A DNA stretch of 64,000 bases, taken from assembly GCA_023244855.1 (NCBI GenBank), contig JAHFLO010000001.1, positions 5,895 to 69,894 on the forward strand, read 5' to 3'. Below the pieces are notes generated by a model. It was not told the DNA's origin and ran no database searches. It saw only the letters and a program-made list of their open reading frames with translations. This document shows, piece after piece, positions 28,420-36,824 of this stretch; positions within the stretch are counted from its first letter, which is position 1; every line of letters begins with the position of its first letter. The position numbers were made by a program, and so were the translations under genes. This stretch comes from Candidatus Harrisonbacteria bacterium (GTDB taxonomy: Bacteria; Patescibacteriota; Minisyncoccia; UBA6257; UBA11618).

Positions 28420-29616
28420 ATGAATAAATCCCTTACCATAAGAGTACTCGCTATTATCGCTATCGGCATCGGCTATTACGCGTATATGCAGAAAACGCCG
28501 CAGCAAGAGCTGGTAACGCAGCCGGACGGCCAAGTAGCCACTTCAACGGCGTCGACTACCGCAGATACCACCCCTCTTAAAAAAGAAACCGTAAACATCG
28601 GCGTTATCGTCCCCTTAACCGGCGCGCAGGCGGCGTACGGGCAAGGTATTAAAGAAGGCTTAGATCTTTCTGCGGACGGTATCAATAACACTCCCCGCTT
28701 CGGCATCCGTATCAACCTTATATACGAAGACACGCAGAGCGACATAAAAAACGCTCCCGCTGCGGCACGCAAGCTCACGAGCAAAAATAACGTGGTGGCG
28801 CTCGTAACCGTGCTCTCCCCTATCTCCCTTTCCGTCGCGCCTATTGCCGAAGAAACGAAAACCGTCTTACTTACCATGGCGTCGCTTTCGGCAAAGCTTA
28901 ATACCGCTGGCCCCTACGTCTTCAAGAATGATGACCTCGCGGCAGGTATCGGTATCACACTCGCCGATGAGGCGATCAAGCGTGATCTTAAATCCGCAGC
29001 AACGATATTTGCGCAGTACAACGACGGCGTAATCGAATACCACGACGCATTTCTCAAAGAATACAAAGCCAAGGGCGGCGCAATTACCGGCACCGAAGGA
29101 TTCAACGGCGACATGACGGATTTCCGCACGCCGCTCCAAAAGCTACTCACGGGCAAGCCTACCGCCATTACCGTAATGGGCTTACAGCGCGACTGCGCGC
29201 TTATCGCGAAGCAAGCACGCGAGCTCGGCTACAAAGGCCAGCTCTTGGGGTCGCTCTGCTTCGACGACCCGACGGTGGTCGCCGCCGCGGGCGCGGCAAT
29301 AGAAGGCGCCATCATGACGAGTACGAACGGCACGCCATCCGGAAAATTCAACGAACTCGTTATGAAAAAATACGGTCACGACCCACTCCGCTGGAGCGCG
29401 GAAGCCTTCGACGGCCTGCGCTTCTTAGCGCTCGGGCTCTCCCGCGCCTACGACGGCAAAAACCCCGTTACCGGATACACCCTGCAAAACGCCCTTTCCC
29501 TTATCACGAGCTTTAACGGCGAAGCGGGCGAAGCGACATTCGATAAGGACGGTAATGCCCATAGGCCACTGCACATAAAAGAAGTGAAGAACGGCGAAAT
29601 AATAGAAATTAAATAA
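28420..29616 (+). CDS. ABC substrate-binding protein, branched-chain amino acid (LivJ-like) family
   Basis: VNIGVIVPLTG..AAYG, LIYED, GPYVFK, DFRTPL, FNGEAGEATFD. Confidence 0.88.
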   Translation: MNKSLTIRVLAIIAIGIGYYAYMQKTPQQELVTQPDGQVATSTASTTADTTPLKKETVNIGVIVPLTGAQAAYGQGIKEGLDLSADGINNTPRFGIRINLIYEDTQSDIKNAPAAARKLTSKNNVVALVTVLSPISLSVAPIAEETKTVLLTMASLSAKLNTAGPYVFKNDDLAAGIGITLADEAIKRDLKSAATIFAQYNDGVIEYHDAFLKEYKAKGGAITGTEGFNGDMTDFRTPLQKLLTGKPTAITVMGLQRDCALIAKQARELGYKGQLLGSLCFDDPTVVAAAGAAIEGAIMTSTNGTPSGKFNELVMKKYGHDPLRWSAEAFDGLRFLALGLSRAYDGKNPVTGYTLQNALSLITSFNGEAGEATFDKDGNAHRPLHIKEVKNGEIIEIK

Positions 29617-29657
29617 AGCTACCGAATATAAAAACGCCGGATATCGATCCGGCGTTT

Positions 29658-30548
29658 TTATTCTTCCTCACTCCTCCTTTTGCCGTGGAACGCCTTATAA
29701 ACTTCGCGGAGATGCTTGTTGGTGACATGGGTATAAATCTGCGTGGTGGCTATGGAGGCATGGCCGAGCATTTCTTGCACCGAACGAATATCCGCGCCAT
29801 TCGCAAGTAAGTCCGTGGCGAAGCAGTGGCGGAGGGTATGCGGCGAAAGCTTCTTACCTATAATCCCGGCTTGCACCCCATACCGCCCTATCATACGCTC
29901 CACCGCGCGCGGGGTTATACGCCCAATTATCTTTCCCTTCAGGATACTCACGAACAAAGGGATCTCCGCATCCGTGCGCCTGTCCATATATGCCGCCACC
30001 GCCTTGCACGCCGTAGGCGATAAGAATACCAGCCGCACCTTCCCTCCCTTCCCCCGCACCGTAAGCTCGCCTTTTTTTAAATCAATAAAACGGTCGAGTG
30101 CGCACAGTTCCGAAAGCCGTAAACCGGTACAAAAAAATAATTCGAGCATCGCCTTGTCACGCACGCCTGCGAGCGTCTTAGTATCCGGCGCGTCGAGCAG
30201 TCGTTCTAATTCAACGTGACTTATAATCTCCACTTGCCGCGCCGGCGCCTTTAATAATTCAATACGCTCGGGTGGGACGGTTTCATGCCCGCGCTTCGCT
30301 AAATATTTTAAAAAACTACGGAGGGCTATTACATACTGACTCTGCGTCGCCTTCTTTAAGTCCTCGCGCGCGAGAGCGAGACGGAAATCACGAATACCCT
30401 GCTCCGTAATATCGCTCACATCGGTAATTTTTGCGGCCGTAAGGAACCGCTCGAGGTAATGGGCGTACGCGCGCCGCGTGACCACCGCCCGCCCCCGCTC
30501 CACCTCTAAGTAGTCAAGATATTCCTTCAGAACCGTCAAAGCTTTCAT
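29658..30548 (-). CDS. XerC/XerD-family tyrosine recombinase
   Basis: RDKAMLELFFCTGLRLSEL, VRGKGGKVR, SPHTLRHCFATDLL, QEMLGHASIATTQIYTHV. Confidence 0.93.
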   Translation of the reverse strand: MKALTVLKEYLDYLEVERGRAVVTRRAYAHYLERFLTAAKITDVSDITEQGIRDFRLALAREDLKKATQSQYVIALRSFLKYLAKRGHETVPPERIELLKAPARQVEIISHVELERLLDAPDTKTLAGVRDKAMLELFFCTGLRLSELCALDRFIDLKKGELTVRGKGGKVRLVFLSPTACKAVAAYMDRRTDAEIPLFVSILKGKIIGRITPRAVERMIGRYGVQAGIIGKKLSPHTLRHCFATDLLANGADIRSVQEMLGHASIATTQIYTHVTNKHLREVYKAFHGKRRSEEE

Positions 30549-30599
30549 GGTTTGAATATACCGCAAAAAGCGTGATATGCTCTAAATCTTCTAAAGACT

Positions 30600-32435
30600 A
30601 TGAAATTACTCTACAAAAACATCGCGTGGACCATTCTCGCCCTTGTCATGCTTTCCTTCGTATTCTCCCTTTTCGCGGACTACGCAGCAGCACCAAAGGC
30701 GCTTTCTCTTAACGATTTAGTGGCTAAGATCAACGCGAACGAAGTCGCCTCGATCATCGTCCACGACAATACGCTCGACATTATACTTACGGACAAAACA
30801 GAACTAACAGCCCAAAAAGAATCCGAAGCGGGTCTTACCGAAACCCTCAAAAACTACGGTGTGGAGCCCGAAGCACTTGCAGCAGTGCCGATTACGGTAG
30901 AAGACCGTACAGGCGGCAGGTTCTGGGCAAGCGTCTTAATCCCCACGCTATTGCCGGTAATCGCCATGATTGCCATCTTCTGGTTCATCTTTCGCCAAGC
31001 AAAGGGCGGGCAAAACCAAGCATTCTCCTTCGGCAAATCGAGCGTGAAGCTTTTCGCGAGCGATAAAGACAGCGTAACCTTCGCGGATGTTGCCGGCCTG
31101 AAGGAGACGAAGCAAGAACTCGAAGAGATCGTAGACTTTTTGAAAAACCCTAAGAAGTTTATCGACATGGGCGCGCGCATTCCCCGCGGCGTGCTTTTAA
31201 TGGGTGCCCCCGGAACGGGTAAGACATTGCTTGCGCGTGCGGTCGCAGGCGAAAGCCATGTCCCCTTCTTCCATATCTCGGCGTCCGAATTCGTGGAGAT
31301 GTTCGTGGGCGTGGGCGCGAGCCGCACGCGCGATGCGTTCGCAACAGCAAAAAAATCCGCGCCCTCGATTTTATTCATAGATGAAATAGATGCTATCGGC
31401 CGCCAACGCGGCACGGGCATGGGCGGCGGGCACGACGAGCGCGAGCAGACCTTAAACCAGATCTTAGTCGAGATGGACGGCTTCGAGCGCGACACGCAGG
31501 TAATAGTCCTCGCGGCCACAAACAGGGCTGACGTTTTAGACGAAGCGCTCCTGCGCCCCGGCCGGTTCGACCGCCGCATCACCTTAGACAACCCCGACAT
31601 AAACGACCGCGAAGCGATTTTGAAAATCCACAGCAAAGACAAGCCGCTCGAAAAGACGGTTGATTTGCGTAAGGTCGCGACCCGCACCCCCGGCTTTTCG
31701 GGCGCTGACCTCGCAAACCTCATGAACGAAGCTGCCATATACGCAGCGCGCAACAACCGCCAATCCATTATCCAAGGCGACATCTATAACTCCATAGAGA
31801 AGGTCCTCATGGGGCCGGAACGCAAAGGCAAAGCGGTCTCGAAAAAAGAGCGCGAAATAACGGCATACCATGAGGCAGGCCACGCTTTGGTTGCAGCGTC
31901 CTTAAAGAACTCAGACCCCGTGCACAAGGTATCTATTGTAAGCCGCGGCTATGCGGGCGGCTACACCATGAAACTCCCGCTGGAAGACGAACACCTCCGC
32001 ACGCGTTCGCAGTTCATGGCGGACTTGGCGATGATGCTCGGCGGCTATGCGGCAGAGCAAGAAATGTTCGGCGAAATGTCTACGGGCGCTTCGAACGACC
32101 TGCAAAAAGTATCGGAACTCGCGCGCCGGCTCGTAACCCACTACGGCATGAGCGAAAAGCTCGGCCCTATCACCTTCGGTAAATCTAACGACATGCTCTT
32201 CCTCGGCCGCGAATTCGGCGGGGACAAAAACTACTCGGAGACGGTAGCGACGCAGATTGACGAAGAGGTGAAGGGATTCATCGCCCGCGGGTATGGGGTG
32301 GCGCAGAAGGTTGTAAGTACCCGCAAAAAAGCCCTCGAAGCAATCGCGAAGGCCCTGCTCGAAAAGGAAGTATTAGAACAAGAAGAGTTTAACGAAGTGA
32401 TCGCGCCGTTTAAGTTGAAGCCGCTTTTGGCTTAA
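30600..32435 (+). CDS. ftsH: ATP-dependent zinc metalloprotease FtsH
   Basis: Two TM helices, GAPGTGKT, FIDEID, RPGRFDR, HEAGH. Confidence 0.97.
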   Translation: MKLLYKNIAWTILALVMLSFVFSLFADYAAAPKALSLNDLVAKINANEVASIIVHDNTLDIILTDKTELTAQKESEAGLTETLKNYGVEPEALAAVPITVEDRTGGRFWASVLIPTLLPVIAMIAIFWFIFRQAKGGQNQAFSFGKSSVKLFASDKDSVTFADVAGLKETKQELEEIVDFLKNPKKFIDMGARIPRGVLLMGAPGTGKTLLARAVAGESHVPFFHISASEFVEMFVGVGASRTRDAFATAKKSAPSILFIDEIDAIGRQRGTGMGGGHDEREQTLNQILVEMDGFERDTQVIVLAATNRADVLDEALLRPGRFDRRITLDNPDINDREAILKIHSKDKPLEKTVDLRKVATRTPGFSGADLANLMNEAAIYAARNNRQSIIQGDIYNSIEKVLMGPERKGKAVSKKEREITAYHEAGHALVAASLKNSDPVHKVSIVSRGYAGGYTMKLPLEDEHLRTRSQFMADLAMMLGGYAAEQEMFGEMSTGASNDLQKVSELARRLVTHYGMSEKLGPITFGKSNDMLFLGREFGGDKNYSETVATQIDEEVKGFIARGYGVAQKVVSTRKKALEAIAKALLEKEVLEQEEFNEVIAPFKLKPLLA

Positions 32436-32490
32436 ATCAAACAGACATGAAAAAACGGCGCCATCTCCCATGGCGCCGTTTTTATTTCTA

Positions 32491-33069
32491 TCAGAGTAGA
32501 AGCTTTAATGCCTCGTCCCACGAATGGACGCGGTCGATGCGCCCGTTGCACACCATCTCTCCCCTGTTCCACGGCTGGTCGAAAAGAAGTACGCGGATGC
32601 CTGCATTCGCGCAACTTACGACATGGTCGGGAACGTCTTCAATTATGATCTCCGCGCCGATTTCGCGACACACATCCGCCTTCGACTGCGCCACGCGCGC
32701 ATGCGTAAAAAAGTTAGTATGGTACACCTCGCGAAACAATCCCGTAAATTCCCTATCAAGTAAGGCTCGAGTCACATCACGCAGTTCGTCCGGCCTACCC
32801 GTTACGGCAACGAGCGTATACTGCTCGGCAAGACGCACAAGGGCTTCGTAAGCCCCCTCCATAACCGGCAAAAACGCGAACTCCCTACTAGCACAGAAGA
32901 TATTCATCTTGTCGATCATCTCCTCGCGCGTACCACCCCATACTTCCCATGCACGATGCGAAGTAAAATCCTCCTTCCGCAAGGACGTGCCGTACCGCTC
33001 GTTATGGAATGCCGCTACGGCCGAACAAAGATCAACCAAAACGTCGTCTATGTCGCAGGCGATTATCAT
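32491..33069 (-). CDS. HAD-family 5'(3')-deoxyribonucleotidase (NT5C-like)
   Basis: CDIDDVL, VTGR, SKADVC, IIED, LFDQPWN. Confidence 0.85.
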   Translation of the reverse strand: MIIACDIDDVLVDLCSAVAAFHNERYGTSLRKEDFTSHRAWEVWGGTREEMIDKMNIFCASREFAFLPVMEGAYEALVRLAEQYTLVAVTGRPDELRDVTRALLDREFTGLFREVYHTNFFTHARVAQSKADVCREIGAEIIIEDVPDHVVSCANAGIRVLLFDQPWNRGEMVCNGRIDRVHSWDEALKLLL

Positions 33070-33152
33070 GAAAATACTATATACGCCCCCCGTAAGAAAT
33101 AAAGTCCTGATTGACCCACCCCCCTCCCCTGCCTTAGAGTGTGTGGATAGTG

Positions 33153-33226
33153 GGGCCAGTAGCTTAGAGGCCTAAAGCATCGAGCTTATACCTCGAGGAT
33201 CGATGGTTCGAATCCATCCTGGCCCA
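33153..33226 (+). tRNA. tRNA-Ile(TAT), anticodon UAU
   Basis: GGGCCAGTAGCTTAGAGGCCTAAAGCATCGAG-CTTATAC-CTCGAGGATCGATGGTTCGAATCCATCCTGGCCCA; discriminator A. Confidence 0.88.
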
Positions 33227-33307
33227 CAAATAAATATAAAAAATAAAGCAGCATGCACGGGAGCACTCCCATGCATGCTGTCTTTTGTGTCCCCCGCCGA
33301 AGGACTT

Positions 33308-33703
33308 TTAAGCCATCGCGGAAAGGCAGTCTTCCCATGTAACTCCGCGGCATTCCCGACTCATCCTGCGGAAGGAAATGCGCGAGAGAAACAGGCCGAA
33401 GTCGACTGCGCGCCGGATACCGGCAAGCATATCGATCGGTGTTTTTCCGGCGAACGTACGGCCGTGCGACTCAGTGCCGTCGGCGTACAAAATTTCATCC
33501 GGTTCAACATCGCCCTCATCCCAATAACAATTGGGATTGAACGATCCGAGACAATAGTCACCGGAGCGGTATTCGCGACCCAGCCCCCTAACCAAGACTC
33601 TCTCCAAAAAATCCGGAGCAGCCAGTTTATGGCCCTCCGCCCCGCAACGACGCGAAGCAGCAAAACCCAAAACTCTCCGACTCATCCTTGAAAGCTTTCT
33701 CAT
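33308..33703 (-). CDS. Hypothetical protein
   Basis: 131-aa ORF between a TTGACA promoter (about 33810) and a hairpin at about 33247-33285. Confidence 0.5.
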   Translation of the reverse strand: MRKLSRMSRRVLGFAASRRCGAEGHKLAAPDFLERVLVRGLGREYRSGDYCLGSFNPNCYWDEGDVEPDEILYADGTESHGRTFAGKTPIDMLAGIRRAVDFGLFLSRISFRRMSRECRGVTWEDCLSAMA

Positions 33704-33874
33704 GACGATACCCCATTACCATGTACTCGAAACGGCAGCGGAAGCGCGCGACGTTACGCCCTCCCCGACTGCGTAGCTGATTATTAAAATACCTATATAA
33801 TCCTAATTTGTCAATAAAAACTGCCGCACGAACGCCCGTGCGGCAGAAATAAATATGCAGGACGGAGGGACTTC

Positions 33875-34057
33875 CTATTCCACTCCCCCTCTGCGTCGAC
33901 TACGAACCATTTCCGCGAGACTCAAAGGCTTTCTCGGAGCCACCGCAAGGGGCTCGTCATCGGTATTCTCCGATGATTGCCTCTTCCGCGAAGACAGAAA
34001 GCGCCCCAAAATGACTTTGGTTCGCTGCCGTTTCGGGCTATTCGTCCATGAACGCAT
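33875..34057 (-). CDS. Small basic hypothetical protein
   Basis: 60 aa; AGAAAGG upstream; TTGACA...TATAAT promoter (34164-34138); hairpin tgccgcacg/cgtgcggca downstream. Confidence 0.4.
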   Translation of the reverse strand: MRSWTNSPKRQRTKVILGRFLSSRKRQSSENTDDEPLAVAPRKPLSLAEMVRSRRRGGVE

Positions 34058-34512
34058 GTACGCACCTTTCTCTATTTCTAGAACCCGCAGTGGAACGGCT
34101 ACGCTAGCCGCATCCGCACTGCTTTGACTGTTTGCTATTATACGCTTATTGCGGGATTTGTCAATCCCCTACAATAATTCAATAGCTTGGAATACCCAGC
34201 ACCACCACTGCATAAAAAATAACCGCGGCCGCGAACGAAATGTTCGCGCCGCGATACCCCAGGAAGAACAATCCCTACCTCAACCGAACCCGTACCAATC
34301 CCCAATTGTCTCACGCATCAGGGCAAGCCACATCGCGACTTCATCCGAATGACTCATAGTTCGCTACTCCCTCAACTACGTACATTGGACTTGGAAAAGA
34401 AAGAGGTGCGACGCTGCGCCTCTCGCCGAGTGTATCTTAAAATAATCCTATAACCGGCGTTTTTCAAGTATGCGTTGCCATAATCCCCTGTCGTTGCTAT
34501 ATTCACAGCCAT

Positions 34513-34587
34513 GGGCGCCTAGCTCAGTGGTAGAGCGCTTCTTTTACACAGAAGATGTCGGGGGTTCGATTCCCTTGGCGCCCACCA
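34513..34587 (+). tRNA. tRNA-Val(TAC)
   Basis: GGGCGCCTAGCTCAGTGGTAGAGCGCTTCT-TTTACAC-AGAAGATGTCGGGGGTTCGATTCCCTTGGCGCCCACCA. Confidence 0.95.
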
Positions 34588-34743
34588 ATAATAAAAGCCC
34601 TTATTTGGGGCTTTTATTATTGGTGATTGCACTAGGGGGAATCGAACCCGGAGGGGCGAGAGTTTTTAATGAGCTCGCGAAGCGAGCGATTATAAAAACC
34701 GATGTCTCGACCGCAGGAAGAGGCGATTCCCTTGGCGCCCACC
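34583..34743 (+). repeat. tRNA-trailing structured element (family A) with 20-bp direct repeat of the tRNA 3' end
   Basis: Hairpin 34583-34625; antisense T-arm 34629-34649; core 34650-34723 homologous to 48097-48175; CGATTCCCTTGGCGCCCACC at 34724-34743 identical to 34567-34586. Confidence 0.85.
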
Positions 34744-34834
34744 TTCCTTTTTCTTATTGACGCTCCCCCGCCGCTACGGTATATATATCCCCAGCACCGA
34801 CCCATTCGTAGGACTTTTTAAACGGAGCCACACC

Positions 34835-34990
34835 ATGACCAGCTTTCAAGAAGAAGGCTTATTCACTGAACGAGAAGGACAAGGAACCACGGAAAAAGAA
34901 GAACGCGACGAGGACAGAAAAAAGGATGGTCCGTCGCTCCCACCTGCCGTTCTCGAGTACGTCGAAACGCACGGGGGCGCCAATGATTAA
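34835..34990 (+). CDS. Small acidic hypothetical protein (51 aa)
   Basis: TTGACG promoter, SD GGAG, terminator at about 35026-35052. Confidence 0.5.
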   Translation: MTSFQEEGLFTEREGQGTTEKEERDEDRKKDGPSLPPAVLEYVETHGGAND

Positions 34991-35126
34991 ACCGTATGGC
35001 ACCCCCCCACCCCAAACCCGCCCCTGCATCGCAGGAATAGGCGGGTTTTTTGATTTTCCCGATTTTTCCGCTATACTCTCCCCCGTTAGCACCCCACAAC
35101 CGAATACTCGAAAAAGGAATTTCAAA

Positions 35127-35777
35127 GTGGCCCTACGGCATCTCTTAACCCAGCAAGTCCTTACGCCTGAGATAGAAACAGAACAACAGCCTTCGATCGT
35201 CGTCCTCCACGGATACGAAACGTACGCCGGCGGCCGGCTCGGCCCCCTCGCCCTTGCCGTATGCGTTGCCGCGCTCGCGATCTACCGCGCGGAACGCAAC
35301 GTGCTTTTCATCCTCGTGGGCGGCTGGCACCTAAAAGAAGCTGGAGCCTCAAACACCATCGCGGATGCCATGGCATTATGGCTTATGGAAAACGGCGTAC
35401 CGAAGGAACGCGTCATCACCCAACGGGGCATGAGCCTAATGCATTTCCGGCCCCCGCGCGATACCCACGAAGAACTAGCACTTCTCCGCATGATCCGGCG
35501 CATGCTCGGACTCTATGGCATGAATCCGTTCCGCTTCATTGCGTGGGAGAAGCATGTACCGCGTATAGAAGCAGTCCAACGCACGTGGAAAATGCGTTCC
35601 ACCAAAGCCGTTCCCGTTACCCCTATCCCCCACCAATGGCTATGGAAACGGCGCGCCACCGAGCTCTGCGCACGGATAGCGCAAGCGTTCGACCCGCAGG
35701 GATACGGAAGAATTTTTACCCGCATCCGCCGCGGACGGACTATCGCAAGTGAAGGAATTCCCCTCCTCGAGACATAG
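35127..35777 (+). CDS. YdcF/DUF218 (ElyC/SanA-like) family protein
   Basis: GTG start with SD AAGGA; IVVLHG, ILVGG, IADAMALWLMENGVPKERVI, RDTHEE, HVPR. Confidence 0.7.
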   Translation: MALRHLLTQQVLTPEIETEQQPSIVVLHGYETYAGGRLGPLALAVCVAALAIYRAERNVLFILVGGWHLKEAGASNTIADAMALWLMENGVPKERVITQRGMSLMHFRPPRDTHEELALLRMIRRMLGLYGMNPFRFIAWEKHVPRIEAVQRTWKMRSTKAVPVTPIPHQWLWKRRATELCARIAQAFDPQGYGRIFTRIRRGRTIASEGIPLLET

Positions 35778-35861
35778 GTAGTCTCCCCCGCCTCCCAGCA
35801 ACCAAAACCTCAACCCGCTGTCTCCCCGACTGCGGGTTTTTTGTTGACCACTCACCCACCC

Positions 35862-36312
35862 TGATAAACAAATTGTTTACCGGCAAACACTTTATATTTT
35901 TTGTAAAACACTTTTGTTTTACAAAGTGTTAAACATCGCTGTTAAACAAAATTTTGTTTAACACCCAAAAAAGATAATAGCAAAGCGCCCGCCCGCTTGT
36001 TTTACAAACATGGCATTGACTTACTTTGTTTAACAGTGTGAAACATATCGTTTTGTAAAACAATCCGATACGCTCATGGATATTAGATTTTATTAAAAAA
36101 TGCATAATTGAGTGTTTAGCGTTTTTCACGAAAAAACGATTTTATTTTGTAAATCAACCAACACTCGACCGCATTTGTAAAACAATTTGTTTGCTGACAA
36201 GCATTGATTTACATAATTTAGAGTGTTGGTTGATTTACAAATCAAATCACTTGTTGGTCAACCAACAGTGATTTGCTGATGTAATTGAGTGTTGGTTGAT
36301 TTACAATCAAAC
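35862..36312. repeat. AT-rich array of TGTAAAACA/TGTTAAACA palindromes and three copies of GAGTGTTGGTTGATTTACAA
   Basis: Palindromes at 35901-35924 and 35940-35963; 20-mer direct at 36221-36240 and 36287-36306, inverted at 36147-36166. Confidence 0.8.
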
Positions 36313-36314
36313 AC

Positions 36315-36677
36315 ATGACCCCGAAGCAAAAACGCGGAAACAGGGGAGAGGATATCGCCGCCGAATACCTTATCGCAAAAGGACATACAATAATCGACCG
36401 CCAACACCGTAAGCCGTGGGGCGAACTAGATATCATAGCGAAGGCAGGGGATGACACGCTCGTCTTCGTGGAGGTGAAAGCCATAGGGGCGGGCAGCGGG
36501 GCTTTTACGCCCGAGGGGAATATGACCTCTACCAAGATTATGAAAACCAAGCGGGCCGCCCTAACCTACGCGAACGCCAACCCAAAGCTTTCGGCCAAGG
36601 GGTGGCGCATAGACGTCATCGCCATAGACCTCGCAGGGGATACGGCGCGCGCCCTCCGGCACTACGAAAATATCTAA
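36315..36677 (+). CDS. yraN: YraN/UPF0102 family endonuclease-like protein
   Basis: GNRGEDIAAEYL, GELDIIA, LVFVEVK, RIDVIAI. Confidence 0.9.
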   Translation: MTPKQKRGNRGEDIAAEYLIAKGHTIIDRQHRKPWGELDIIAKAGDDTLVFVEVKAIGAGSGAFTPEGNMTSTKIMKTKRAALTYANANPKLSAKGWRIDVIAIDLAGDTARALRHYENI

Positions 36678-36824
36678 CGAGGGTGGGGGATGGACTTGAC
36701 AAGAAGCCCTGAAAAGAATATCCTTTTAGAGTAAGTGCTGTGATTGACTGGCCGCCCGTGGGGTGGCCATTACTGTTTTTAAATACCATTCTCATCACTA
36801 AAATAATTAATAAAAAATAAAAAT

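Noticed and set aside
29658..30548. Prophage or island integrase
   Set aside because: The sequence is XerC/D-like, it sits among housekeeping genes next to ftsH, and there is no phage cargo or att pair around it. A role in mobilising the tRNA elements cannot be shown from this window.
30854..31783. Long antisense ORFs within ftsH (and likewise within gyrA, recG, copA, rpsA, pnp)
   Set aside because: Expected shadows of genes with biased codon usage.
34567..34743. Conventional attL/attR of an integrated genomic island
   Set aside because: The direct repeats enclose only about 137 bp with no gene and include an inverted tRNA arm; reported instead as the mirror element.
35862..36312. CRISPR array or classical oriC
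   Set aside because: Repeats occur in both orientations at irregular spacing with no unique spacers, no cas genes adjacent and no TTATCCACA boxes in the block.
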